From Lachnospiraceae bacterium (GTDB lineage Bacteria; Bacillota; Clostridia; Lachnospirales; Lachnospiraceae): 64,000 nucleotides of DNA. Where the stretch lies: assembly GCA_017622875.1 (NCBI GenBank), contig JAGAQG010000030.1:211-64210 (forward strand), read 5' to 3'. This document shows positions 44,330 through 54,056 of this stretch, in pieces (position 1 is the stretch's first letter; each line of letters begins with the position of its first letter). The position numbers were made by a program, and so were the translations under genes. The notes beneath the pieces are model-generated. The model worked only from the letters and a program-made list of their open reading frames with translations, had not been told where the DNA came from and did no database searches.

Positions 44330-45910
44330 ATGGTTACATGGAAGAATTTAGATACGCTTGCTTCGTATCAGGAACTTGAAAAGGTTGAAAAAGTGAATCT
44401 TGCAGAAGTAATGTCCGGTGAAAACGGTGCAGAACGTGTAAAGAATTACAGCATTCCGATGGGTGCAGGCCTTGTTTATAACTATGCTGCAAAAAAAGTG
44501 GATGACAATGTACTCGCAGCACTTGCAAAGCTTGCAGAAGAAGCACAGCTTACAGAAAAATTTGAAGCACTCTATAATGGAGAAGTGGTAAATACAGGTG
44601 AAAAACGTCTCGTTCTTCATCATATGTGCCGCGGACAGCTGGGTGAGGCTGTAAACGCTGACGGTGTTGATAAACGTACATTCTACACAGGCGAGCAGAC
44701 AAAGATCGCTGAATTCGCAAAAAAAGTTCATTCCGGTGAAATTGCAAACGCAGCAGGTGAAAAATTCACAACAGTTGTTCAGATCGGTATCGGCGGTTCT
44801 GACTTAGGCCCAAGAGCAATCTACCTTGCACTGGAAAACTGGGCAAAGAAAAATGATACATTAAAGATGGAAGCAAAATTCATCAGCAACGTTGACCCGG
44901 ATGATGCTGCAGCAGTTTTAAATTCTATCGATGTTGCGCATTCCCTTTTCGTACTTGTTTCCAAATCAGGTACAACACTGGAAACATTAACAAATGAATC
45001 TTTCGTAAAAGATGCATTAAAGAACGCTGGATTAGATGCTTCTAAACATATGGTAGCAGTTACAAGTGAAACTTCTCCACTTGCTAAGAGCGCTGATTAT
45101 TTAGCTGCATTCTTTATGGATGATTACATTGGCGGACGTTTCTCTTCAAGCTCTGCAGTAGGCGGTGCAGTTTTATCTCTGGCATTTGGTCCGGAAGTAT
45201 TTGCACAGTTCCTCGATGGTGCAGCAGAAGCAGATGCACTTGCTAAAAATACAGAATTAACAAAGAACCCTGCAATGTTAGATGCCCTCATCGGTGTTTA
45301 CGAACGCAACGTACTTGGACATCTTTGCACAGCAGTTCTTCCATATTCTCAGGCACTGAGCCGTTTCCCGGCACATTTACAGCAGCTTGATATGGAATCT
45401 AACGGTAAATCCGTAAACCGTTTTGGAGAACCTGTAAATTATGTAACAGGTCCGGTGATCTTTGGTGAACCAGGAACAAACGGACAGCATTCCTTCTATC
45501 AGTTATTACATCAGGGAACAGATATCGTACCATTACAGTTCATCGGATTTAAGAACAATCAGTGCGGTATGGATGTTGATATTCAGGGAAGCACAAGCCA
45601 GCAGAAACTTTGCGCAAATGTGGTTGCTCAGATCGTCGCTTTTGCATGCGGTAAGGATGATGAAAACCTGAATAAGAAATTTGATGGCGGACGCCCATCC
45701 AGCATTATCATTGGTGATCAGCTGACACCAGCTTCTATGGGAGCACTTCTTGCTCATTTTGAAAATAAGATTATGTTCCAGGGATTCACATGGAATGTAA
45801 ACAGCTTTGATCAGGAAGGTGTACAGCTTGGTAAAGTGTTAGCAAAACGTGTACTTGCTCATGAAACAGATGGTGCATTAAAGGTATACAGCGATTTATT
45901 GAACATCTAA
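44330..45910 (+). CDS. pgi: Glucose-6-phosphate isomerase
   Basis: IGIGGSDLGP, SKSGTTLET and GEPGTNGQHSFYQL motifs. GGGAGG precedes ATG 44330. Confidence 0.9.
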   Translation: MVTWKNLDTLASYQELEKVEKVNLAEVMSGENGAERVKNYSIPMGAGLVYNYAAKKVDDNVLAALAKLAEEAQLTEKFEALYNGEVVNTGEKRLVLHHMCRGQLGEAVNADGVDKRTFYTGEQTKIAEFAKKVHSGEIANAAGEKFTTVVQIGIGGSDLGPRAIYLALENWAKKNDTLKMEAKFISNVDPDDAAAVLNSIDVAHSLFVLVSKSGTTLETLTNESFVKDALKNAGLDASKHMVAVTSETSPLAKSADYLAAFFMDDYIGGRFSSSSAVGGAVLSLAFGPEVFAQFLDGAAEADALAKNTELTKNPAMLDALIGVYERNVLGHLCTAVLPYSQALSRFPAHLQQLDMESNGKSVNRFGEPVNYVTGPVIFGEPGTNGQHSFYQLLHQGTDIVPLQFIGFKNNQCGMDVDIQGSTSQQKLCANVVAQIVAFACGKDDENLNKKFDGGRPSSIIIGDQLTPASMGALLAHFENKIMFQGFTWNVNSFDQEGVQLGKVLAKRVLAHETDGALKVYSDLLNI

Positions 45911-45940
45911 TTAAATGAAATAGACAGAAATTGTTGATGC

Positions 45941-45967
45941 GGGACGGAGGAGACTCCGTCCCGTTTT
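45941..45967 (+). terminator. Rho-independent terminator of pgi
   Basis: GGGACGGAG-GAGA-CTCCGTCCC followed by GTTTT. Confidence 0.8.
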
Positions 45968-45992
45968 GCAAAGATTTTATAGGAGTGAAATT

Positions 45993-46952
45993 ATGAAAAT
46001 TTCGATTTTAGAGAGGGACAGCCTTGGCATTGATGTGGATATGTCTGAAATTGACAAACTTGGTGAAGTGACGGTATATCCGGCGACGACAGCGGGGAAT
46101 GCAGTGGAGCACATCGGGGATGCGGATATTTTGATCGCAAATAAGCTGCCATTGAATGAAAATACATTAAAAGAAGCGAAAAATCTGAAATTTGTGGCCC
46201 AGACTGCCACCGGCACGAACAATGTGGATTTTAACTATACAAATTCCCGCGGGATTAAAGTAGCAAATGTGCCGAGCTATTCTACAGACTCCGTAGCACA
46301 GCATACCTTTGCGCTGCTTTTGTATCTCGTGGAGAAAATGCGTTTTTTTGATGATTATGTAAAGAATGGAACCTACAGCAGAAGCAATTGCTTTTCCTGT
46401 CTTGAAATGATCTATCCGGAAATCGCGGGGAAGACATGGGGCATCATCGGGATGGGGGCCATCGGTCAAAAAGTGGCACAGATTGCGACGGTATTTGGAT
46501 GTAAAGTGATTTGCTATTCGGCATCTGGAAGAACCTATGACATGCCTTATGAGCAGGTGGATTTTGATACATTGTTAAGCAGTTCAGATATTGTTTCTGT
46601 TCATGCACCATTAAATGAACATACAAAAGATTTGATGAATTACGAAGCATTTGTAAAGATGAAAGAAAGTGCTTATTTTATCAATGTAGGACGCGGTCCG
46701 ATCGTAGTAGAAGAGGATCTGGCAAGAGCATTGGAAGAAGGACAGATTCGTGCCGCTGGATTAGACGTTCTGCGCATTGAACCGATGAATGCAGATAATC
46801 CGCTTTTAAAGATTCAGGACAGCCAGAAACTGATCATTACACCTCATGTTGCATGGGCTACCAGCGAGGCACGTCAGAGATGCGTGGACGTGGTGGCAGA
46901 GAATATTAAGGCATTTTTGCGCGGCGAAGAGCAGAACATTGTCAGAGGATAA
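45993..46952 (+). CDS. D-isomer-specific 2-hydroxyacid dehydrogenase (glycerate dehydrogenase-like)
   Basis: GIIGMGAIGQKVA NAD site, NVGRGPIV and TPHVAW motifs. AGGAGTG precedes ATG 45993. Confidence 0.85.
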   Translation: MKISILERDSLGIDVDMSEIDKLGEVTVYPATTAGNAVEHIGDADILIANKLPLNENTLKEAKNLKFVAQTATGTNNVDFNYTNSRGIKVANVPSYSTDSVAQHTFALLLYLVEKMRFFDDYVKNGTYSRSNCFSCLEMIYPEIAGKTWGIIGMGAIGQKVAQIATVFGCKVICYSASGRTYDMPYEQVDFDTLLSSSDIVSVHAPLNEHTKDLMNYEAFVKMKESAYFINVGRGPIVVEEDLARALEEGQIRAAGLDVLRIEPMNADNPLLKIQDSQKLIITPHVAWATSEARQRCVDVVAENIKAFLRGEEQNIVRG

Positions 46953-46954
46953 TT

Positions 46955-47620
46955 ATGGGATTAAATATTATTTTTGAAGATGAGCAGATCTTAGTGGTAA
47001 AGAAAGATGCGGGGATTCCGGTACAAGCCGGGAAACTGCGTATCATGGATCTGCAGGGGCTCATCAAAAATGAATTATACAAACGGAATCGCAGTGGCGG
47101 AGAGCCCTATTTGGGGCTTGTTCACAGACTTGATCAGCCGGTGGAAGGGGTAATGGTGTTTGCAAAAACTCCCCAAGCAGCCGCGGATTTAAGTAAACAG
47201 GTCACAGATGGCCGCATGAAAAAGTATTATCTGGCTCTTTTATGTGGAAAACCTGCTGAAAAGAAGGGTACTCTTGTGGATTATCTTTTAAAAGATGGCC
47301 GAACGAATACTTCTTCCGTCACAGCAAAAGGAGTAAAGGATGCAAAACGTTCAGAATTGAATTATCAGGTATTAAAAGAGAATGATGAGACTGCCCTTGT
47401 AGAAGTGGAGCTGCTTACCGGACGCCATCACCAGATTCGTGTGCAGATGGCAAATGCAGGCTGGCCGCTTTACGGTGATACAAAATATAATCCGCAGTTT
47501 CAGGAGACGACAGAGTACGTGCAGACAGCTCTTTGTGCCTATAAGCTGCAGTTTGTGCATCCAAAGACAAAAAAAGTGATGAAATTTTGTATAGAACCGG
47601 ATAATTCCCTGCTAAAGTAA
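46955..47620 (+). CDS. RluA-family pseudouridine synthase (lacks an S4 domain)
   Basis: HRLDQPVEGVMVFAKT catalytic Asp motif and GRHHQIRVQM. Confidence 0.85.
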   Translation: MGLNIIFEDEQILVVKKDAGIPVQAGKLRIMDLQGLIKNELYKRNRSGGEPYLGLVHRLDQPVEGVMVFAKTPQAAADLSKQVTDGRMKKYYLALLCGKPAEKKGTLVDYLLKDGRTNTSSVTAKGVKDAKRSELNYQVLKENDETALVEVELLTGRHHQIRVQMANAGWPLYGDTKYNPQFQETTEYVQTALCAYKLQFVHPKTKKVMKFCIEPDNSLLK

Positions 47621-47739
47621 GGGTAACTTTCTTGACGGAATTCATGGGTTTGTTATAGAATGGGAGTTAAGCTAAAATGAGTAGTATTGTGGAATTTTAT
47701 TTCCGCATGAAAAACAAATTGAAATAGAGGAGAGAAATT

Positions 47740-49176
47740 ATGGCAAAGGATAAGAAGCTCGTAGAAGGCATTACTTCTATGGATGTTGATTTTGCCCAGT
47801 GGTACACAGACGTTGTAAAAAAAGCAGAACTCTGTGATTACACAAGTGTCAAAGGCTGCATGGTCATTAAGCCAGCCGGATACGCAATCTGGGAAAATAT
47901 TCAGAAAGAATTGGACAGAAGATTTAAGGAAACAGGCGTACAGAACGTATACCTTCCAATGTTCATTCCAGAAAGTCTTCTTGAGAAAGAAAAAGATCAC
48001 GTAGAAGGTTTCGCACCGGAAGTAGCCTGGGTTACTCATGGCGGATTAGAACCACTTCAGGAAAGAATGTGTGTAAGACCTACTTCTGAAACATTATTCT
48101 GTGATTTCTATGCAAAAGAAATTCAGTCTCACAGAGATTTACCAAAGGTATATAACCAGTGGTGTTCAGTTGTACGTTGGGAAAAGACAACCCGTCCTTT
48201 CTTACGTTCCAGAGAATTCTTATGGCAGGAAGGCCACACAGCTCATGCAACAGCAGAAGAAGCTGAAGAAAGAACAGTACAGATGTTAAACGTATACGCT
48301 GATTTCTGTCAGGATGTTTTAGCAATCCCTGTTGTAAAAGGTGTTAAGACTGATAAGGAAAAATTCGCAGGTGCACTTAGAACTTACACCATCGAATCCT
48401 TAATGCATGATGGTAAGGCTCTGCAGTCCGGTACAAGCCATAACTTTGGCGATGGATTTGCAAAAGCGTTCGGCATTCAGTATACAAATAAAGAAAATAA
48501 ATTAGTGCCTGTACACCAGACTTCCTGGGGTATGACAACTCGTATGATCGGTGCGATCATCATGGTTCATGGCGATGATTCAGGTCTTGTATTACCACCA
48601 AGAATTGCACCAATCCAGACAATGATCGTTCCAATCGCTATGCATAAGGAAGGCGTTCTGGAAAAAGCAGCAGAACTTAAGAATAAGCTTGGCGAACTTT
48701 ACAGCGTTGCTTTAGATGATTCTGACAAATCTCCAGGATGGAAATTCTCCGAACAGGAAATTAAAGGTATCCCAACTCGTATTGAAATGGGACCAAAAGA
48801 TATCGAAAACAACCAGTGTATCGTTGTTCGTCGTGATACAAGAGAAAAGATCGTTGTTTCTTTAGATGACATTGAAACAAAGCTTGGCGAAATCTTAGAA
48901 CAGATGCAGGAAGATATGTTCCAGAGAGCACTTGCTCACAGAGAATCACATACTTACGATGCAACTGAATTTGAAGAATTCTGCAAGATTGCAGAAGAAA
49001 AACCAGGATTTATCAGAGCAATGTGGTGTGGAGATCAGGCATGCGAAGATAAGATCAAAGAAGAAGCAGGCTGCACAAGCCGTTGTATGCCATTTGAACA
49101 GGAAGAACTTTCTACAAAATGTATCTGCTGCGGCAGACCAGCGAAGAAGATGGTTTACTGGGGTAAAGCATACTAA
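47740..49176 (+). CDS. proS: Proline--tRNA ligase (archaeal/eukaryote-like short type)
   Basis: 478 aa with class II motifs (FRDE-like [20 protein letters not shown]) and a C-terminal Zn-binding CxxC. RBS GAGGAGAG. Confidence 0.9.
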   Translation: MAKDKKLVEGITSMDVDFAQWYTDVVKKAELCDYTSVKGCMVIKPAGYAIWENIQKELDRRFKETGVQNVYLPMFIPESLLEKEKDHVEGFAPEVAWVTHGGLEPLQERMCVRPTSETLFCDFYAKEIQSHRDLPKVYNQWCSVVRWEKTTRPFLRSREFLWQEGHTAHATAEEAEERTVQMLNVYADFCQDVLAIPVVKGVKTDKEKFAGALRTYTIESLMHDGKALQSGTSHNFGDGFAKAFGIQYTNKENKLVPVHQTSWGMTTRMIGAIIMVHGDDSGLVLPPRIAPIQTMIVPIAMHKEGVLEKAAELKNKLGELYSVALDDSDKSPGWKFSEQEIKGIPTRIEMGPKDIENNQCIVVRRDTREKIVVSLDDIETKLGEILEQMQEDMFQRALAHRESHTYDATEFEEFCKIAEEKPGFIRAMWCGDQACEDKIKEEAGCTSRCMPFEQEELSTKCICCGRPAKKMVYWGKAY

Positions 49177-49183
49177 AATTTAC

Positions 49184-49208
49184 GGGACGGCAGATGCCGT
49201 CCCTTTTT
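49184..49208 (+). terminator. Rho-independent terminator of proS
   Basis: GGGACGGC-AGAT-GCCGTCCC followed by TTTTT. Confidence 0.85.
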
Positions 49209-49237
49209 GAATCCATAAAAGAATTAAGGTGGAAGTA

Positions 49238-50581
49238 ATGAGGGATATTAAAATTGAAATGCCGCAGGCGGTGAAGGAAATTATCGAACGTCTGGAAAGT
49301 GCAGGGTATGAAGCATTTGCAGTGGGCGGATGCGTTCGTGATGCGGTTTTGGGCCGCGTTCCGGCAGACTGGGACATTACGACTTCCGCTATGCCGGAGG
49401 AAGTGAAAGGTCTCTTTAGTCGAACCATTGATACGGGAATTCAGCACGGTACGGTAACGGTCATGAAAGACCATGTAGGTTATGAAGTTACTACTTATCG
49501 CATTGATGGAGAATATGAAGATGCCCGTCATCCAAAGGAAGTATCTTTTACCTCTAATTTGGTAGAAGACTTAAAGCGCCGTGACTTTACCATCAATGCG
49601 ATGGCTTATAATGACAGGGTAGGTATTGTGGATGAATTTGACGGGATCGAAGATTTGGAAAAAGGGATCATTCGCTGTGTCGGAGAGGCAAAGGACCGCT
49701 TTGGAGAAGATGCACTGCGTATGCTTCGTGCTGTTCGTTTTTCAGCTCAGCTGGGATTTAAAATTGATGAGACAACAAAAGAAGCGATCAATGAGCTGGC
49801 ACCTAATCTGGAAAAAATCAGTGCAGAGCGCATTCAGGCAGAGCTTGTGAAGCTTCTTGTATCGGACCATCCGGAGTATCTTCGGGAGGCTTACGAAACA
49901 GGGATTACAGCAGTGGTATTACCGGAATTTGATGATATCATGAAGCAGGAGCAGAATGATGCGTTTCATGAAAATACGGTAGGAGAGCATACCTTAAGGA
50001 GCCTTTTGCAGGTCGAGAATGATAAGGTACTTCGACTGACTATGCTTTTCCATGATGTTGGAAAACCGATGACCTACTCAAGAACTGAGGAGGGAGTTAC
50101 CAGATTTTTCGGACATCCTGATATCAGCTCTGATATGTCTAGAGAAATTATGCGTCGTCTGAAGTTTGATAATGATACCACGGATAAAGTGAAAAAACTG
50201 ACAGCTGTGCATGATCTTTTTATCAAAAATGCGCCGAATCGAGTACGCCGTGCCATGTCAAAGGTTGGGAAGGAGTTATTTCCATATTTTTTAAAGGTGC
50301 GCAAGGCGAATATTCTTGCATGGAAAGAGGATGCGCAGGAAAAAGCATTGGCAGATTTAAAAGAACTTACAGACATTTATGAGGGCATTTTAGAGCGTGG
50401 AGAATGCGTTTGCATTAAGGAACTTGTGGTCGATGGAAAAGATTTAATTGCTGCTGGTGTGCAGCAGGGCAAACAGATTGGGGAAATCTTAAACGAGCTT
50501 TTGGAAATCGTACTGGAAGAACCGGAAAAGAATAAGAAAGAAACTCTTTTAAATTACGTGAAAGAAACATACCTTTCATAA
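49238..50581 (+). CDS. cca: CCA-adding tRNA nucleotidyltransferase (PolyA_pol head + HD domain)
   Basis: VGGCVRDAVLGRVPADWDITT and DFTINAMAY motifs. AAGGTGGAAG precedes ATG 49238. Confidence 0.85.
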   Translation: MRDIKIEMPQAVKEIIERLESAGYEAFAVGGCVRDAVLGRVPADWDITTSAMPEEVKGLFSRTIDTGIQHGTVTVMKDHVGYEVTTYRIDGEYEDARHPKEVSFTSNLVEDLKRRDFTINAMAYNDRVGIVDEFDGIEDLEKGIIRCVGEAKDRFGEDALRMLRAVRFSAQLGFKIDETTKEAINELAPNLEKISAERIQAELVKLLVSDHPEYLREAYETGITAVVLPEFDDIMKQEQNDAFHENTVGEHTLRSLLQVENDKVLRLTMLFHDVGKPMTYSRTEEGVTRFFGHPDISSDMSREIMRRLKFDNDTTDKVKKLTAVHDLFIKNAPNRVRRAMSKVGKELFPYFLKVRKANILAWKEDAQEKALADLKELTDIYEGILERGECVCIKELVVDGKDLIAAGVQQGKQIGEILNELLEIVLEEPEKNKKETLLNYVKETYLS

Positions 50582-50644
50582 ATTGCACCGGGATGTTCAA
50601 AATGGAAATGGACATTTCGGTGCTATTTTTATGCCCGTTTTCAT

Positions 50645-51685
50645 ATGATGAAAAGAATATGGAAAAAGCATAGGAAACGGGGGATTCTTTTGAACGAAAA
50701 AGCATTAGAGGTTCTGGAACAATATGATCTGGAAATCTTGCGCACATGGAAAGGGCGCGGGGTCTACTTTTTAGATACTTCCAAAGGTTTACATATGTTA
50801 AAGGAATATCGGGGATCGGAGGAAAAGTCTGAAAAGATCTGGCAGCTATTAACTTCGCTGGAAAACGTGCAGTTTTTTAAGACAGATCTTCCGGTCAGGA
50901 CAAAGGAAGGAAATTTTATCACGAAGGACAGTGAGGATACCACCTATCTTTTAAAACGTTGGAGAGAGGGCAGGGAATGCGACCCAAGAAGTGAGCTGGA
51001 TGTATGCAGATGTATGGAAGGACTTGCAATCTTTCATACTGCTGCGAAAGAGATCTGGGAATTTGAGACCCCGCAGGAACGTGAGAAATATGAGGGGACA
51101 AATTTGATCACAGAAATGGAAAAGCGGACGAGGGAATTAAGAAAGGTTCAGACCTTCATCAGAAAAAAACAGAAAAAAAGTGAATTTGAGTCGGCTTACC
51201 TTGAGGTGATTCCGCAGTTTTTAAAAGAAGCGACTGAGATTACAGGAAAAATGCAGGAGAGTGCATATGATGACCTTCGCAAAGAGGCTATTGAGACGGG
51301 GAAAATCTGCCATGGAGAGTATATGCAGCATAATGTACTGTTTGACCGTTCGAAATTGATTATGACAAACTTTGAACATGCACATCTGGATCTGCAATGT
51401 GTGGACGTTTCTTTGTTTCTTAGAAAGATCATGGAAAAACAGGGCTGGAGAGTTGCCCAGGGAGAAAAATTCTTACGTTCCTATGAAATTGTTCATTCGT
51501 TAAATGACGAAGAACGAACAATTCTGGCATTGCGGCTGTCCTATCCAGAGAAATTGTGGAAGCTTGCAAATCATTATTATCATACAAATAAAGCGTGGAT
51601 TCCTGCGAAAAATTTGGAGAAGCTGAAAATTTTTGTAAATCAGCAGAAAGAGCGGGAACGCTTTGTAAAGAGAGTTATTTTGTAA
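50645..51685 (+). CDS. CotS-family spore-coat protein / phosphotransferase-fold
   Basis: ALEVLEQYDLEILRTWKGRGVYFLDTSKGLHMLKEY and ICHGEYMQHN (kinase-like HGD/N). A TTG at about 50690 is an alternative start. Confidence 0.7.
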   Translation: MMKRIWKKHRKRGILLNEKALEVLEQYDLEILRTWKGRGVYFLDTSKGLHMLKEYRGSEEKSEKIWQLLTSLENVQFFKTDLPVRTKEGNFITKDSEDTTYLLKRWREGRECDPRSELDVCRCMEGLAIFHTAAKEIWEFETPQEREKYEGTNLITEMEKRTRELRKVQTFIRKKQKKSEFESAYLEVIPQFLKEATEITGKMQESAYDDLRKEAIETGKICHGEYMQHNVLFDRSKLIMTNFEHAHLDLQCVDVSLFLRKIMEKQGWRVAQGEKFLRSYEIVHSLNDEERTILALRLSYPEKLWKLANHYYHTNKAWIPAKNLEKLKIFVNQQKERERFVKRVIL

Positions 51686-51759
51686 GATTCCAATATTTTT
51701 ACTGAATTATGTTATAATACAAAAGAAATGAAGAAATTGACGTTTGAGAGGAAATCAGG

Positions 51760-52179
51760 ATGGAAAAATATACGTATGAACAGTTATTAAATATTATTGC
51801 GGAGCTTCGAAGTGATCATGGCTGTCCATGGGACCGTGCCCAAACCCATGAGTCCATGATTCCGTGCTTCTATGATGAGTGTGATGAGGTGGTGGAAGCC
51901 ATCAAAAATAAGGATGATGAAAATTTATGTGAAGAGCTTGGAGATGTATTTCTGCAGGTTCTTCTTCATGCTCAGATTGCAAGAGAAGAAGGACGCTTTG
52001 ACATGAGTGATGTTATTGACGGGCTTGCCAAAAAGATGATTCGAAGACATCCCCATGTGTTTGGAGATGCCCCGCAGGCACAGTCGGAAGAGGAAGGTCT
52101 GGCAAGATGGAAAGAGATTAAAGCACAGGAAAAAGCGGAGAAAGAAAGGCGGGCGAAAGAACGCAAAGAAAATAATTAA
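51760..52179 (+). CDS. MazG-type nucleoside triphosphate pyrophosphohydrolase
   Basis: LRSDHGCPWDRAQTHESM...ECDEVVEAI...ELGDVFLQV, an EExxE/D-type motif. Confidence 0.8.
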   Translation: MEKYTYEQLLNIIAELRSDHGCPWDRAQTHESMIPCFYDECDEVVEAIKNKDDENLCEELGDVFLQVLLHAQIAREEGRFDMSDVIDGLAKKMIRRHPHVFGDAPQAQSEEEGLARWKEIKAQEKAEKERRAKERKENN

Positions 52180-52279
52180 GATTTCGCTAAATTCCTTGAC
52201 AAACATTGGGAAAAACGCTATAACAGAAGTCAGCATGTTAAGTGCATTGCAGACTAGATTATTATAGGAGGAGTTATCC

Positions 52280-52555
52280 ATGAATAAGACAGAATTAATC
52301 GCAGCTATCGCTGAAAAAACAGAATTATCTAAAAAAGACGCTGAAAAAGCTTTAAAAGCATTTGCTGATGTAGTAGCAGAAGAATTACAGAAAGGTGAAA
52401 AAGTTCAGTTAGTTGGCTTTGGTACATTCGAAGTTTCTGAAAGAGCTGAAAGAGAAGGAAGAAATCCTCAGACAGGCGAAACAATGAAGATCGCTGCTTG
52501 CAAAGCTCCTAAATTCAAAGCAGGAAAAGCTTTAAAAGACGCTATCAACGCTTAA
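52280..52555 (+). CDS. hup: HU family DNA-binding protein
   Basis: [25 protein letters not shown]...[22 protein letters not shown]. Confidence 0.9.
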   Translation: MNKTELIAAIAEKTELSKKDAEKALKAFADVVAEELQKGEKVQLVGFGTFEVSERAEREGRNPQTGETMKIAACKAPKFKAGKALKDAINA

Positions 52556-52562
52556 TCCTGGT

Positions 52563-52802
52563 ATGCGGTTGGACAAGTACCTGAAAGTTTCCAGACTGAT
52601 CAAGCGCCGCACCGTAGCAAATGAAGCCTGTGATGCAGGAAGGGTTTTGATTAATGATAAGGTGGCGAAGGCATCCACAAACGTGAATGTGGGTGATATC
52701 ATCGAGATTGGTTTTGGAACAAGAAGTGTAAAGGTCGAGGTTCTGGATGTGCAGGAAACGACCAAGAAGGATGAAGCAAAAGATTTATTTAAATATTTGT
52801 AA
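52563..52802 (+). CDS. S4-domain RNA-binding protein (YabO/Hsp15-like)
   Basis: MRLDKYLKVSRLIKRRTVA S4 motif. Its position matches B. subtilis yabO. Confidence 0.8.
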   Translation: MRLDKYLKVSRLIKRRTVANEACDAGRVLINDKVAKASTNVNVGDIIEIGFGTRSVKVEVLDVQETTKKDEAKDLFKYL

Positions 52803-52866
52803 GAAGTCTAAAACACAAAGCCTCTTAATATACTTTCTTAGGAATGTATCTTAGGAGGTTTTTTAT

Positions 52867-53151
52867 ATGGAAGAAAAGCAGTATTCAAAAGCACATAAAT
52901 TAATGCTGTCCAACCGTCGGACAGGCACGGTCACAGGGGTATCGGATGTGATTTCCTTTGATATTACAGAGGTGCTTTTAGAGACAGAGCAGGGAATGCT
53001 TATGATCAAAGGAGCGGACCTTCATGTGAACCGTCTGACGTTAGAAAAAGGGGAAATTGACATTGAGGGCAGAATTGACTCTCTTGCCTATTCTGATGTG
53101 ACGTCCTACCAGAAACAGGGAGAATCTTTGATCGGAAGACTGTTCAAATGA
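52867..53151 (+). CDS. yabP: Sporulation protein YabP
   Basis: HKLMLSNRRTGTVTGVSDVISFD...MLMIKGADLHV, plus synteny. Confidence 0.8.
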   Translation: MEEKQYSKAHKLMLSNRRTGTVTGVSDVISFDITEVLLETEQGMLMIKGADLHVNRLTLEKGEIDIEGRIDSLAYSDVTSYQKQGESLIGRLFK

Positions 53152-53633
53152 TGAGTCAGGTTATTTTAGGGGAACTTCGGGCAGCAGGCGTTGCTTTTCT
53201 TAGCGGTGCGGTAATTACCATTGTCTATGATCTTCTGCGTATTTTCAGAAGAGTCATTTCTCACGGTAATTTCTGGATTGGTGTGGAAGATCTGATTTTC
53301 TGGATGTGGACCGCGGTATGGACGTTTTCTGTATTGTATCGGGAGAATGATGGGAATCTTCGGATGTATACCATGCTCTTTATGGCAGTGGGGATGATTC
53401 TTTATCATGTAACGATCAGTGAACCTGCGGTAGAGGTTTTGGGAAAAATTTTGAAAAGGATTTTCAGAATTATACTCTATCCCCTAAAATTGTTAAAAAT
53501 TTACATAATATTTTTCGGAAAAAAATTGAAAAAGCTGATATCTGGGATTATAATAAAGTTAATTCATAATCGCAGATTGCGCCTCTGGAGGAAAAACGAT
53601 GGCAACAAAAATGAATCGAAGAAAAAGACTTAG
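53148..53633 (+). CDS. yabQ: Spore cortex biosynthesis protein YabQ
   Basis: Multi-TM protein. ATGA overlap with yabP, plus synteny. Confidence 0.65.
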   Translation: MMSQVILGELRAAGVAFLSGAVITIVYDLLRIFRRVISHGNFWIGVEDLIFWMWTAVWTFSVLYRENDGNLRMYTMLFMAVGMILYHVTISEPAVEVLGKILKRIFRIILYPLKLLKIYIIFFGKKLKKLISGIIIKLIHNRRLRLWRKNDGNKNESKKKT

Positions 53634-53904
53634 AAGACATTTAGGCTCTTTTGCAATCGCAGGAGTCGTTCTTTTGCTGCTCGTTTTTGTTTCGGCAGCA
53701 TCCTTAAGTCTTCGTGTTTCCAATTCGAACAAGCAGGATCGAATCGCAGAACTGGAAGCTCAGATTGAAGCAGAAGAAAAAAGAGCAGAAGAAATCGAAG
53801 AGTATGGAAAATACGTTCAGACAAAGAAATATGCAGAAGAGGTTGCCAAGGAAAAATTAGGGCTTGTTTACGAGGATGAGATCATCTTCAAGGCGGAAGA
53901 TTAA
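53599..53904 (+). CDS. divIC: Septum formation initiator (DivIC/FtsB family)
   Basis: Basic N-terminus, single TM, coiled coil, ...EKLGLVYEDEIIF, plus synteny. Confidence 0.7.
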   Translation: MATKMNRRKRLRRHLGSFAIAGVVLLLLVFVSAASLSLRVSNSNKQDRIAELEAQIEAEEKRAEEIEEYGKYVQTKKYAEEVAKEKLGLVYEDEIIFKAED

Positions 53905-53927
53905 AATTTTGATAAAGAAACTTAGCA

Positions 53928-53956
53928 GGCTGTCACGAAGGTGACAGTCTTTTTTT
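53928..53956 (+). terminator. Rho-independent terminator after divIC
   Basis: GGCTGTCAC-GAAG-GTGACAGTC followed by TTTTTTT. Confidence 0.8.
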
Positions 53957-54021
53957 GTCTAAAACTCTAGGGAACATGAAATCTTATTTTGACAAAAAAA
54001 TAATCTGCTCACAGATATAGT
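53956..54021 (+). promoter_or_regulatory. spoIIE promoter with 21-bp spacer and 0A-box-like elements
   Basis: TTGACA (53989-94)-N21-TATAGT (54016-21). TGTCTAA at 53956-62 has one mismatch to TGTCGAA. The -35 region is embedded in TTTGACA (one mismatch to TTCGACA). Confidence 0.55.
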
Positions 54022-54056
54022 AGTCCCTACCAAAAACGAACAGGAGGGATATTTAT

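Noticed and set aside
47621-47739. T-box leader upstream of proS
   Set aside because: Only about 120 nt of spacer is available, with a promoter-like TTGACG…TATAGA inside it. There is no specifier loop or T-box sequence.
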